Assembly (NCBI RefSeq): GCF_035084215.1
Contig: NC_090345.1
Location: 23,560,001 to 23,624,000, forward strand
Direction of reading: 5' to 3'
DNA length: 64,000 bases
From: Heptranchias perlo
Lineage: Eukaryota
Each line of letters begins with the position of its first letter. The first letter of the stretch is position 1. The notes below the pieces were generated by a model. The model saw only the letters and a program-made list of their open reading frames with translations, searched no databases and was not told the origin of the DNA. The position numbers and the translations under genes are program-made. Positions 24,645 through 36,900 of the stretch are shown here, in pieces.

Positions 24645-26994
24645 TATATAATTGCAGCAAGACATCCTTACTCCTATACTCCAACTCCCTTTCAATAAAC
24701 CATTTGCCTTCCTAATTGCTTGCTGAACCTGCATGTTAACTTTCTGTGATTCATGTACAAAGACACCCAAATCCCTCTCTATACCAACATTTCTTAGTCT
24801 CTCATCTTTTAAAAAATATTCTGCTTTTCTATTCTTCCTACCAAAATGGATAATTTCACATTTCCCCACATTATACTCCATCTGCCACCTTCTCGCCCAC
24901 TCACTTAACCTGTCTATATCCTTTTGCAGACTCTTTGCATCCTCCTCACAGCTTACTTTCCCACCTAGCTTTGTATCGTCAGCAAACTTGGATACATTAC
25001 ACTCGGTCCCCTCATCTAATTAATTGATATAGATTGTAAATCCTTGCAGCACTCCACTAGTTACAGCCTGCCAACCCGAAAATGACCCATTTATTCCTAC
25101 TCTCTGTTTTCTGTCCATTAACCAATCCTCAATCCATGCTAATATATTACTCCCAATCCCATGAGCTCTAATCTTGTGTAACAACCTCTTGTGTGGCACC
25201 TTATCGAATGCCAGTTGAAAATCCAAATAAGCTTCTTCCACTGGTTTCCACTTTATCTACCCTGCTAGCTACACCCTCAAAAAACTCTAATAGATTTGTC
25301 AAACATGATTTCCATTTCATAAAACCGTGTTGACTCTGCCTAATCATATTATGATTTTCTAAGTGTCCTGTTACTACATCCTTAATAATAGATTCTAGCA
25401 TTTTCCCTACTCTTGATATCAGGCTGACTGGCCTATAGTTCCCTGTTTTCTCTCTTCCCTCCTTTCTTAAATAGTGGGGTTACCTTCCAATCCACGATCA
25501 AAACCAATGCATCCACTATCTCTGCAGCCACCTCTTTTAAAACCCTAGGATGTAGGCAATCAGGTCCAGGGGATTTGTCGGCTTTTAGTCCCATTAATTT
25601 CTCCAGTACTTTTTCTTTACTAATCTTAATTGCTTTAAGTTCCTCCGTCTCATTTGACCCTTGGTTCCTTACTATTTCTAGTTTGTTTTTTGTGTCTTCT
25701 ACTGTGAAGACAGATAAAAAATATTTGTTTAACGTCTCTGCCATTTCCTTATTCCCCATTATAATTTCTCCTGTCTCTTTTTCTAAGGGACCTACGTTTA
25801 CTTTTGCTAATCTCTTCCTTTTTACTTACTTGTAGAAGCTCTTACAATCTGTTTTTATATTTCTCACTAGTTTATTCTCATATTTTATTTTCTCCCTTTA
25901 TCAATTTCTTGGTCATCCTTTGCTGATTTCTAAAACCCTCCCAATCCTCAGGTTTACTACTTTTTTTGGCAATATTGTAAGCCTCTTCTTTTAATCTAAT
26001 ACTATTCTTAACTTCTCTCGTTAGCCACGATTGGATCATTTTTCCCGTGGAGTTTTTATTCCTCAAGGGAATGTATATTCATTGAGAATTATGAAGTATT
26101 TCTTTAAATGTTCGGCATTGCTTATCTACCGTCATATCTTTTAATCTAATTTCCAATCTACTTTAGCCAACCCACCGCTCATACCTATGTGATTAGCTTT
26201 GTTTAAATTATGGACCCTAGTTTCGGACTTAACTACATCACTCTCAAACTCAATATGAAATTCTGTCATATTGTGATCATCCCCAGAGAATCCTTAACTA
26301 TAAGATTACTAATTAACCCGGTCTCATTACACAATACTAGATCTAAAATAGCCTGTTCCCTAGTTGGTTCCTCGATTCCACTGAGCTTCTCACACCTGAG
26401 AACTTACAAAGAACCTCATGAATAACAGTCCTTTCATCCTGCACTGAAGAATGTTGAAACCTTTCAGACACCTTCCATGTTAATGACATGCTGACCACGC
26501 AGACTCAAAAGTTGCTTTAAACCACACTGCAGACCAAAGTTTTAAATACGATAAAGGTGATTAATTTAATGGCAAACATAAAAATGCCTTCCATTCATTT
26601 CTCACCAAGGTGATCAACCCAAAGTGTTTTACTTTAAGAAGATTTTCTAACTCTACTACTCCCATGAGTTGCTCCCCTAGTGGCCTGAGCAGAGCTGGTG
26701 GAAGGCTGCTGTTCCTCATGTGCGGACGCTCGACATACTCATGGCCAGTGAGTTCTGGGTGCTCGGGCCTGTGAGGTCCTGGCCAAGGCTGTTGCAATTC
26801 GGCTATTGCCAGAGTAGACGGGCTCTGCTGACTTGCTAGCACTATGGCGGGTATTGGTTCAGGGGGTGGGTGGCCAGTGGGCAGATGTGCTGACACCCTG
26901 ATAGAGGCCAGCACATACTATTCCCACTGCACCAGTGCCACTCCCCAAGGGAGTGGCACTGGTGCAGTGGGAGTAGTACGTCCTGGCAGGACAG

Positions 26995-27661
26995 GTTAAG
27001 AAAGCAGTTAAAAAAGCATACAGGATCCTGGGCTTTATAAATAGAGGCATAGAATACAAAAGCAAGTAAGTTATGTTGAACCTTTATAAAACACTGGTTT
27101 GGCCACAACTGGAGTATTGTGTCCAATTCTGGGCACTGTACTTTAGGAAGGATGTGAAGGCCTTAGTGAGGGTGCAGAAAAGATTTACTAGAATGGTTCC
27201 AGGAATGAGGGACTTCAGTTATCTGGATAGACTGGAGAAGCTGGGGTTGTTCTCCTTGGAACAGAGAAGGCTGAGAGGCGATTTGATAGAAGTGCCCAAA
27301 ATCATGAAAGGTTTAGATAAAGTAAACAAAGAGAAACTGTTCCCATTGGCAGAAGTGTCAAGAACCAGAGGACACAGATTTAAGGCGATTGGCAAAAGAA
27401 CCGAAGGCGACATGATGAAAAGCTTTTTTACGCAATGAGTAGTTATGATCTGGAGCTTGCTGTTTGAAAGAGTGGTGAAAGCAGATTCAATTGTGGCTTT
27501 CAAAAAGGAATTGGATAAATACTTGAAGGGAAAAAATTTGCAGGGCCACAGGGAAAGAGCGGGGGAATGGGACTAACTGGATTGCTCTTACAAAGAGCTG
27601 GCACAGGCTCGATGGGCTGAATGGCCTCCTTCTGCGCTGTAACAATTCTATGATTCTATGA
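26995..27661 (+). mobile_element. CR1-clade LINE 3' fragment, different subfamily
   Basis: LYKTLVWPQLEYCVQFW...RRLRGDLIEV; tail TTCTATGATTCTATGA; GACAG flanks both ends. Confidence 0.9.
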
Positions 27662-28339
27662 CAGCCTCTGTGTTGAAATGGTGAGTGGTCATATGTGGGG
27701 CTTGTGCATAAAGTGGATCTGTTGGGAGGTGTAGAAGAAGCAAGATGGAATGAGGATGGGGAGGTGTTTAATGTAAAGGGAAGTATGTGTGATTTGAAGT
27801 GAAGAAGGAGTGGTGGGAGTAGCTGATGGTTGTGCAAGTGAAGTGATGGTATGTGAGAAGAGAATGGTGTTACTCTGTGGTGTGAAAAGAGGAAAGGAGG
27901 GGGTGACTCTGTTTGGAATGAGCAAGAAAGGTATCTTATGGTGCCCTTGTGATTGTATAGGGAAGAATATGACGGAGGGGAGTTAACAGTTGAGAGTGAT
28001 GGGGAGGGGGTGAGAGATGTGTTGTCAGGTGGTGTTGAGAGAGGTGAAGAGATGTACTCACCTTTGCTGCTCTTGTGAGGTCATTGAACCTCTTCCTACA
28101 CTGCACTCTGGCCCTGGGAGTGATGTTGCTGGCATTGATCCTCTCAGCCACCTCTGTCCATGCCTGCTTGACAGTGGCCTTGGGGATGCTCCTGAAGGTG
28201 CTGGGGAAGAGTACCTCCCGTCTAGCCCTCACTTCCCCACTAGGGCCTACAGGGATACATCAGGAAAGTGGGGATAGCCCTTCGACTCATCTCTGCAGCC
28301 AACAAGGCTTTCAGAGTTGTGAAAAAAATGCAAGCAGAA

Positions 28340-28990
28340 GATGCAACATCGCATATCTTCACAAAAAATAGTCCTGTCTCACGAACCAAATTGAATTTTT
28401 CGAGGATGTTATGAAGTTGATGGTTGACGGAAGACGGTTGATATTGTGTACCTAGATTTTCAAAAAGCATTTGATAAAGTGATGCACAAAAGGCTGCTAA
28501 ATAAGGTTGCATTTTGTGGGATTGGCAGGCGGATCTTTTGTTGGATAAAGGACTGGTTGCATTCAAGTAGACAGAGCGCAGTTATTAATGTTAGCAGCTC
28601 TGTGTGGGGGCCAATCATTAGTAGAGTCTTGTAGGGATCAGTGTTAGGACTGTTGCTCTTCACCATCTTTATTAATGATCTGTATGAAGGCATCAGGGGA
28701 ATGATCTGTAATTTTGCAGATGACATGAAGATATGGGTGGGAGTTTAACCTTAGGTAAAAAAGATAGTTTGCAGGAGGATCTAGAGGCAACAGGGGAATG
28801 GCCCATTTCTGGCAGGAGTCTTTCAATATAGACAAGCATGATGCATTTGGGCAGGGGCAATTCAAGCAGGTATACACCAGGCAAAGTTACATGCTCAAGG
28901 TTATTGAAAAGATGAAGGACCTGGTGATTGTAGTTCAATAACTATTGAAGATCCAATACCAGTGTCACAAGGCTATTGTAAATGTTCGGA
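28340..28990 (+). mobile_element. Old CR1-like RT fragment
   Basis: YLDFQKAFDKVMHKRLL, GSVLGLLLFTIFINDL and NFADD motifs. Confidence 0.8.
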
Positions 28991-29082
28991 CGTATAGTTA
29001 GGATGTAACATTTCAGGATGGAACAGGCTTTATGTTCATATTTTTCTTCCTTTGTGCAGCACTTTACACTTGTAGGTATAAT

Positions 29083-30998
29083 GGGCTGCATTTTGCTGTG
29101 AAAACAACGGTGAGGCTAACAGCGCTCACTGTTATTTCTGTACAAATCGGACAGTAACTTCCGACGACCGCACATGCGCAGTTAAACGCGGAAATCTGGA
29201 AGTTGCTGAACGAGATACACTGCTCCTCCGTAAGCTCTCACCGGCTGGCTCCCCTTTCAAATGAATGGAATAGCGTGAAGCTCCTGCACTGACATCGTAG
29301 ATATGGGCTAATCTCGCCAGAAAACATTAGGGCTTGTCCATTCCATTGTAAATACCCTGTTAATGGCATGGTAAGTCTTAATATATTAGTATGGATATAT
29401 ATATATATAATCTCATTTATTAGCATAGATCGAGGATAGGTTACAGACAGAAAACACAGAGTAGGAATAAGCGGGTCATTTTCAGGTTGGCAGGCTGTAA
29501 CTAGTGGAGTGCCGCAAGGATCAGTGCTTGGGCCTCAGCTGTTTACAATCTATATTAATGACTTAGATGAAGGGACCGAGTCTAATGTATCCAAGTTTGC
29601 TGACGATGCAAAGCTAGGTGGGAAAGTAAGCTGTGAGGAGGATGCAAAGAGTCTGCAAAGGGATATAGACAGGTTAAGTGAGTGGGCAAGAAGGTGGCAG
29701 ATGGATTATAATGTGGAGAAATGTGAGGTTATTCACTTTGATAGGAAGAATAGAAAAACAGAATATTTTTTAAATGGTGAGAAACTATTAAATGTTGGTG
29801 TTCAGCAGGATTTGGGTGTCCTTGAACATGAATCACAGAAAGTTAACATGCAGGTACAGCAAGCAATTAGGAAGGCAAATGGTATTTTGGCCTTCATTGC
29901 AAGGGGGTTGGAGTACAAGAGTAAGAAAGTCTTGCTGCAATTGTACAGGGCTTTGGTGAGACCACACCTGGAGTACTGTGTACAGTTTTGGTCTCCTTAC
30001 CTAAGGAAGGATATACTTGCCTTAGAGGGGGTGCAACGAAGGTTCACTAGATTGATTCCTGGGATAAGAGGGTTGTCCTGTGAGGAGAGATTGAGTAGAA
30101 TGAGCCTATATTCTCTGGAGTTTAGAAGAATGAGAGGTGATCTCATTGAAACAAATAAGATTCTGAGAGGGCTTGACAAGGTAGATGTGAGAGGCTGCTT
30201 CCCCTGGCTGGAGAATCTAGAACTAGGGGGCATACTCTCAGGATAAGGGGGTCAGACATTTAGGACTGAGATGAGGAGGAATTTCTTCATTCAGAGGGTT
30301 GTGAATCTTTGCAATTCTCTCTAGAGGGCTGTGGATGCTCAGTCGTTAAGTATATTCAAGACTGAGATCGATTGATTTTTGGAATCTAAGGGAATCAAGG
30401 GATATGGGGATCAGGCGGGAAAGTGGAAATGAGGTCGAAGATCAGCCATGATCTTATTGAATGGCGGAGCAGGCTCGAGGGACCATATGGCCTACTCCTG
30501 CTCCTACTTCTTATGTTCTTAATGACTGCCAAACAACCTCTTTGGCATTGAAAATTAACTTTAACAAGTGTGGAGTCTCATTCCTTCAGATTTTAATTGT
30601 TGTTGGACATTTTTTTTAAAAACATTTTAATAAATTTTTATTTTTTTACTTTTTCTTTCTGTCTCTTTTATCTCTGTCTCTTAATCCAATTATTTCTTAC
30701 CCTCTCTTTATTTTGCTTTCTGTACCTGATTTGACATTGAATTCACTATTCTAACTTACACTTCTTGGTTCTGACTCTGTGCAGCTTATTAACATGCTTT
30801 AATCTGATGGGTTAAGGGGATAGACAGTTGTTTGCCCTGTTCACACAGGTCCCAGATGCCCTGTAGAGGGCACCATTCTTTTTAGCTCTATAATTTGGAG
30901 GAATTTGCTGTGCAAAAGCTCATAGAAAGTCTCTGGGCAAGTGCAAGTCTAACGAACGGCGGGCATGTTCGTTTGCCGCTCACAGCAAAATCCAGCCC
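29083..30998. mobile_element. Non-autonomous DNA transposon with 19-bp TIRs, containing a CR1 insertion
   Basis: GGGCTGCATTTTGCTGTGA at 29083 and TCACAGCAAAATCCAGCCC ending at 30998 (1 mismatch). Confidence 0.8.
29430..30521 (+). mobile_element. CR1-clade LINE, 5'-truncated, same subfamily as 4011-4890
   Basis: 245-aa ORF with PQGSVLGP, KFADD and LVRPHLEYCVQFW; tail TTCTTATGTTCTTA. Confidence 0.95.
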
Positions 30999-31019
30999 AT
31001 TAAGTTTCCATAATTCCAT

Positions 31020-31372
31020 CCATTTACATATGTCTAGCTCAGTTTGTAGTTCCTAAGTTGCCTTTTCAGTTTTAATGACCCCTCCTAGATCGGTATCTTC
31101 TGCAAATTTGACCAGTTGGCATTGAGCTTCTGAATCCAAATCATTAATGTAAGTTGGAAACAGTACACTCTTCTCTGGGTCACTCAACTTTAGCATTTCC
31201 CTTGTCCAACATAACTCCTCTAACAAGTACTTGCTGCTTCATATCCATCTGGCCAATTTCTTATCCATTCTCATATATTTACCCTGAATCCCCACCGCTT
31301 AAAATTTAAATAGTTGCCTTATGTGCAAATCTTTAACAAATGCTTTTTGAAAGTCAAGGTAGAATATGTCGT
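31020..31372 (-). mobile_element. Old CR1-like RT fragment
   Basis: Reverse strand reads DIFYLDFQKAFVK and KFAED. Confidence 0.7.
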
Positions 31373-31729
31373 AGGTACAGAAAGGAGTAAACCGGAACCA
31401 CACTGACTCATATTTGTAGGAATGATGCACCTTCTTTTACACTTTAAAAAAAATCCTTATCTACTCTTCTCCTAAAGGCGATAATTCGTATTGTAGTCTA
31501 CTTCCATGGTAGGCTGCCTTCCAATACCTTTCACAAGTCTCCATTATTCATGTGCGAGTTTAGATAATGAGTGCAGTATTTGATTATGGAGCCAAAGCTG
31601 ATTCTGTCCTTAATTTATGCCTGCACACACAATTTCCAGCAGGATTCACTGCATAATGAACAGGAGTAGGAGGCTTGACTTTTTTTTTGCTTTCCACAAC
31701 AGGGACACTGAGGATGGTAAGAAAGACTT

Positions 31730-32414
31730 AAGCCTTTCATGACCTCAGGACATCCCAAAAAGCTTTATAGCCAATTAAGTACTTTTGAAATGTTTTCACT
31801 GTTGTAATATAGGAAACGTGGCAGCCAATTTACACATAGCAAGGTCCCACAAGCATAGTTACATAGTATTTACAGCACAGAACTAGGCCATTCAGCCCAC
31901 CTGGTCTATGTCGGTGTTTATGCTCCACACAAGCCTCCTCCCAACTTACTTCATCTCACTCTATCAACATATCCTTCTATTCCTTTCTCCCTCATGTACT
32001 TATCTAGTTTCCCCTTAAATGCATCGAAGCTATTCATGTCATCCATTCCATGTGGTAGTGAGTTCCACATTCTCACCACTTTCTGGGTAAAGAAGTAAAG
32101 AAACAGCAATGTGATAATGACCAGATAATCTATTTTAGTGATGTTAGTTGAGGGATAAATATTGGCCAGAACACCGAGAAGAACTCCCCTACTCTTCTTC
32201 GACATAGCGCAATGGGATCATTTACATTCACCTGAGAGAGCAGACAGGGCCTTGTTTTAATGTCTCATCCGAAAGAAAACACCTCCAACAGTGCCATACC
32301 TGCTCAGTACTGCACTGGTGTATCAGCCTGGATTTTGTGCTCAAGTGTCTGGAGTGGGACTTGAACCCACAAACTTCTGACTCAGAGGTGAGAGTGTGAC
32401 CACTGAGCCATGGC
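31730..32414 (-). mobile_element. tRNA-derived SINE with Deu-type central domain (DeuSINE/SacSINE1-like)
   Basis: A box TGGCTCAGTGG (32400-32410) and B box GGTTCAAGTCC (32357-32367). Central GGATGAGACATTAAAACAAGGCCC...GAAGAAGAGTAGGGGAGTTC...TGGCCAA. L2-like tail. Family assignment is from recall. Confidence 0.8.
31853..32097 (-). mobile_element. CR1 3' end fragment inserted in the SINE
   Basis: FFTQKVVRMWNSLP...FKGKLDKYM; tail TATGTAACTATG. Confidence 0.85.
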
Positions 32415-32443
32415 TAGTGGTCTAGGTAGGCTCCCACTACCAT

Positions 32444-33419
32444 TTATTTTTAGTGAATTTCTTCACACAGTTAGATGCAGGAAATTCCTCAATTTCCTAA
32501 TGATAGACTGTGAGAAGTGAACTGGAAATGAAATCCACACTGAGCCTTTTAGTTATTGTGACTTGTTCTATTTCTCATCCATATGCAGTTACTATTAATG
32601 TCAATGTACTAACTCATCACTGATGAGGGGTCCTGCTTGGAACTTCCTTGGACCTGTATGGATTAGTTTTATGTCATGTGTTTACCTACTGAGCAATCAA
32701 GAGGTTTTAAAATTTTTCATCCAATTTCCACATACTCTTAATTCCGCGTGAAACTGCAGTTTTATGAAATATTTATTATTTAATTTACTTCCTAGGTTTG
32801 GAATTTGGGATTCAATCCTTATCTTGTTAATCCTTACGGTTATAGTGAGCCTGTTCTACCTTTCATTATCTCAGGTGCCATTTAGAACACTCAGTCAAAC
32901 TGCTGATCCAGATTGGAGACTTTTTAAAAATTATCAATATAGTTGCATTTAGCATATTGTTCACAGTATAATCAAGATATTAACAATTCTATGATCAATA
33001 ACAGCAAATTAAATACTAAAGCTCCTGTAAACTCAGTCCAGAGCAGAACAACTTAACTGATCACACCTGTCTGATATCTGTTAAAATTAAGGCTTATAGA
33101 ATTTCATGATTCCATCGCTGCAGAATTTACCACAAATATAACACAGTCTATAGAATTTTCTCTCCTCTGCAGACTGTCTGGAAAAAAAACAATGGAAATC
33201 TTGATTTCAGCTTCATTGTTGACAGTGACGTGATTGTTCTGCTGTTTTGAGTTATTTTTAGTGAATTTCTTTGCACAGTTAGATGCAGGAAATTCCTCAA
33301 TCTCCTAATGATAGACTGTGCAAAGTGAACTGGAAATGGACTCCACACTGAGCCTTTTAGTTATTGTGACTTATTGGATTTCTCATCCATATGCAGTTAC
33401 TATTAATGTCAATGTACTA
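32444..33419 (+). repeat. Two direct copies of a ~168-bp segment (32444-32611 and 33252-33419)
   Basis: TTATTTTTAGTGAATTTCTT...CAGTTAGATGCAGGAAATTCCTCAAT...GCAGTTACTATTAATGTCAATGTACTA occurs twice, with scattered substitutions. Confidence 0.92.
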
Positions 33420-33863
33420 TAGTATGGTTTTATTTATAAATGATGAACCAGGATACTGTATATTAATTCTACAGCTTTCTTAGGCCAACAGGCTTTAATT
33501 TGCATATATTTTGGCAATATGAATTACTTTTTAGGACAGCCAAGTGGCATAGTGCCAACGGAGAATCCAAGGACATGGGTTTGTACCTATGATTCCCTAT
33601 GTGATGAGTTTCCAATCTGAATAAGCTCTCAGGAGAAGGCACCTAGCAAAGATGAGGTGTTTTCTCTAAAGGGAAGGAGGGAAATGGACAGTAAGCAAAC
33701 CCGTGCTGCTTTCATGAACCCACTATTGACTGATTACAGTCGAGCCATTGGCAAAAGTTTGAAAGCAGATCACCTGCTTATTGTCCTTTTGAGAATGGTG
33801 TCTAGGAATTGGGGTGTGTATCCAGCCCAAACTGCTATAATGAAAGCCTTCTGTCTGTAAGGT

Positions 33864-33967
33864 TCTGTCCGCATCGTTCACCTGAGGAAGGAGGTAGCCT
33901 CCGAAAGCTTGTGAATTTAAAATAAAATTGCTGGACTATAACTTGGTGTTGTAAAATTGTTTACAAT
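33864..33967 (+). mobile_element. 104-bp solo PLE terminal-repeat insertion (diverged subfamily)
   Basis: Similar to 16490-16580; perfect 12-bp TSD TGTCTGTAAGGT at 33852-33863 and 33968-33979. Confidence 0.88.
33877..33915 (+). ncRNA. Minimal hammerhead ribozyme motif
   Basis: TTCAC-CTGAGGA-A-GGAGG/TAG/CCTCC-GAAA-GCTT-GTGAA. Confidence 0.85.
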
Positions 33968-36900
33968 TGTCTGTAAGGTGTAAGCTTCTCACATGAAAGG
34001 AGTTTGACTTTTCTCAATCAAGTTCCTAGTGGGTGTGAGCCTACAACACAAATTGCCCATAATTGTGCATTAAATGGCAATACTTTAACACTCCCATCTA
34101 GAGATGCTGTAGGATGACTGGGGTGGGAAGAGGAAAAACTCATGCAGGTGCAATAAGGGCGTTCTTCTGAAGTTCTGCTCTTCTAAGGCAAAATTGTAGC
34201 AGCTGGTTGCGCTATACCTGATCTGGGAGTGTTTGATGCTAACACTGGATGACAACAGTATTCCACTCCCAGCACAGCACTGAAATCCTTCACTTCAATG
34301 AGCACAAAACTTAACTCATGTAAAAGGGAGAAATAATGGCATCTGCCATAGGTTTACTGAAAGAGGGGGAGAAATATATATTTTTTAAACAAAAAATATT
34401 TTTCTAATTGTCACAGAATTAAGACGTTTGTGTTACTGAATTAGAAAACACACCTGCAGAATTCTGCCTTTCTTTGCCAAGAAGCCCTGGCCAGGGCTCA
34501 CTGCCTAAATACATTCTGACACTATCAGGTAAAGTTAGGCACCCATGGATCTATAAGAAAACAAACCACCTGCGATTGTCTAGATTCAGCTACACAGGGA
34601 GTCCAAGGTCATAGGTTTCTGCCCACCATTCCTAATTTAATTATTTGCCAATCTGACGCAAGCTATTGGAGGAAGGCACTGAACATAGATGGTTTCACAG
34701 CACTACCCAAGGTACTTAATACTGACACAATGTTATCCATATATTTAGGCAATAGGAAACTTAAAGACATAAGTCTATGAGGATTCTTTATCATGCTGGT
34801 GCTTACTATGGTACAAATACATTGTTGCCATTAAATCCTGTTAAACTGTTGCCAGTTTTCCTGTTTAAACTTGTAATCTATTTGTATTGTCCAGTATCTT
34901 GAAATAAAATGTAGATAAGAAATAAAATGGATTTATTTAAATTTGGATTCATCCAATGCATTTAATATTAGAAGCAGATATTCTTACAATGCACTGCAGC
35001 TTTAAAAGCCATTTGAATCTGCAGCAATCATTAGTTACATCAGCACAATTAAAAATTCTATAGTAATCCCAGCCAGTAACAGCTGGTAGGAGTGTTTAAA
35101 ATGTTCTATTATCCAATTATGTTGTTGGTATTAATCTCTAATATCAGATCTAATGTGGTACTTACTGATGTTACCAGATAGAATATTTTCTATAATTGTA
35201 TCACTTATTACAATCAATTATCAGCCAGAAGCCCAGAAAGGAAGGGTATCCAGGCAGTATATGATTAGCTTATCATAATTGAAATTCAGTCATCTCATTT
35301 TTTAGTATAAACAATTCCTTACACATCTGGAATAGCACTCCTACATCTGGAATTGGGCTTCTTCCTCATTGGGTTATCTTGGATGCTGTTCAATGGAAGC
35401 ACTAAGCTTCTTTCATAAGCTCCAAAGATGAACACCAAATAATATATCGTTTCTTGCTTATCAGGGCGTAGCCCAACTTACGTAATATTTTCACTATTTC
35501 AATGTTAGATGTTCCAAAGTTCTTTCCAAAATAATTCCTCCCTTGGCTGCTTTCCTGGAATCAATTCTGGGGCTGTCTCAGGATGCACTGCTGCACAGTT
35601 TCTCAGTGTTAGGAATTAGCACCTTCCCAGTCTCCCGCCAACAGAATTGTGTAATTCCTTTTTTTCATTCACTTTTCTCAATATGTTCTAATTGCCAGTA
35701 TTTTAAAGGAAATAATTTATGTTTCTTTAAATTAGTCCACAGATGCATTCTACTCTAACACATATTACTCTGATTCTGTTTCAATAGGCCTTAGGCAGTT
35801 GTTATAATGAAAGTTTAGTTTAAAAAGACACAGTTGATTCGAAGAGTATGCTACTATCCTTACCCAATTACAATAATGTCTCTTTTAAAACACAGCAATG
35901 AATTTCATTTCAAAATTAAATATTAATTCAAAACTAGTACATCAGCAGAGTATATCTTAGTATATATTTAAAAACATTCTAATCTCTATAAAGGTCTGAA
36001 CATTCAGGACAAAGACGTTTAATAGTTTACCTTTCCTGTGAAAAAAATGGAAATGATTTCTAAATTCAAAAATTAAAATTTATAGTAGGCTTGTACTAAG
36101 AGACTGAAAGATAATACATGGTGAGTTTTCTTACAAATGTTTCAAACTTCATTTTGCACTATTAAGAATATAGCACGTCCTTTTTTCTCCCCTTGCTTTG
36201 GATACTTAAACAGACTGCAGGGCATCACAGTATAGAGAATTATTGTCTTTGCTCGGTTCACACTGATCAAAAACAGGATCTGGCTCCACTGGGATATCCC
36301 CACTGTAAAACAACCATTCACTTTCCAGACTCGTACGTAAAGAATGGCCACTGGCTATTTGAGTGAGGTACTGAAGGGTCAGTGTCGCTCATAGATCCGT
36401 GGCACATTGGTCACTGCCTTTTGGGAGAGAAGTAGGGATAGAAAACTACATCAAAAGAAAACAATAAAAGGTTATCAAAAGTTACACCAATCTCCTTTGT
36501 TTCATTTTTGGTTGCTGATGATGATTGCTGATGAAATTATTTGGCAAACCTCTGGAAGGTGTTACTGAGTGGACAGTGTGAAGGAGTTGATTTAATGTCA
36601 CTCGATAATCATTAACCCACCAGGGCCTCAGCTTCCACTATTCGTATTCACTTATCTCCCTCATTTTTTTGTCTCGGAACGGTTCCCCGTCACCAGCGTT
36701 GACCAAAATAAAAGCAGTATGAAAACAAGAATAAACCAACAGGAAGTTACAGATAATGACAATTTTCGGTAACCGTTTGACTTTTACAAGGAGTTAATGA
36801 CGGTGACACCTTACAAGACGTTATTTTTAAGTTTCAGTTTAAATACAAAGCAGCAGGTGCAGTCAAGAGGAATGTGATATATTAGACTAGATACCAAACA

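Larger units (their letters stand above)
23880..26372 (-). mobile_element. CR1-clade LINE, ~2.3 kb including the RT domain, inserted at the end of the Harbinger transposase
   Basis: KSPGPD.LHPRVLKE, SQHGFMK.KSCLTNL, YLDFQ.AFDKVPH, RPHLEYCAQFWSP; short duplication CGATTC on both sides. Confidence 0.92.
22670..28330. mobile_element. Third, more degraded Harbinger element, interrupted by two CR1 insertions
   Basis: Transposase remnant on + at ~23030-23880 (LPVALKVTTALNF, GFPRVQAAIDC, WLLEDKG, LKQRFRFLD, Glu tail). Myb gene 3' remnant on - at ~26600-26990. Myb exon 1 on - at ~28070-28300 (QAWTEVAERINA...VQCRKRFNDL). Outer limits are approximate. Confidence 0.75.

Noticed and set aside
28440-31372. 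Two oppositely oriented RT fragments as one large inverted repeat
   Set aside because: Similarity is limited to conserved RT motifs; they are more simply explained as independent old insertions.
31455-31710. LF-SINE-like remnant, with a similar segment at ~36320-36437
   Set aside because: Too degraded to assign a family or boundaries without a library search.
32345-32414. tRNA gene
   Set aside because: It is the tRNA-derived head of a SINE, continuous with the SINE body and tail.
1-36450. Exons of the expected upstream neighbour ACADSB
   Set aside because: I recognised no acyl-CoA dehydrogenase sequence in any frame I examined.
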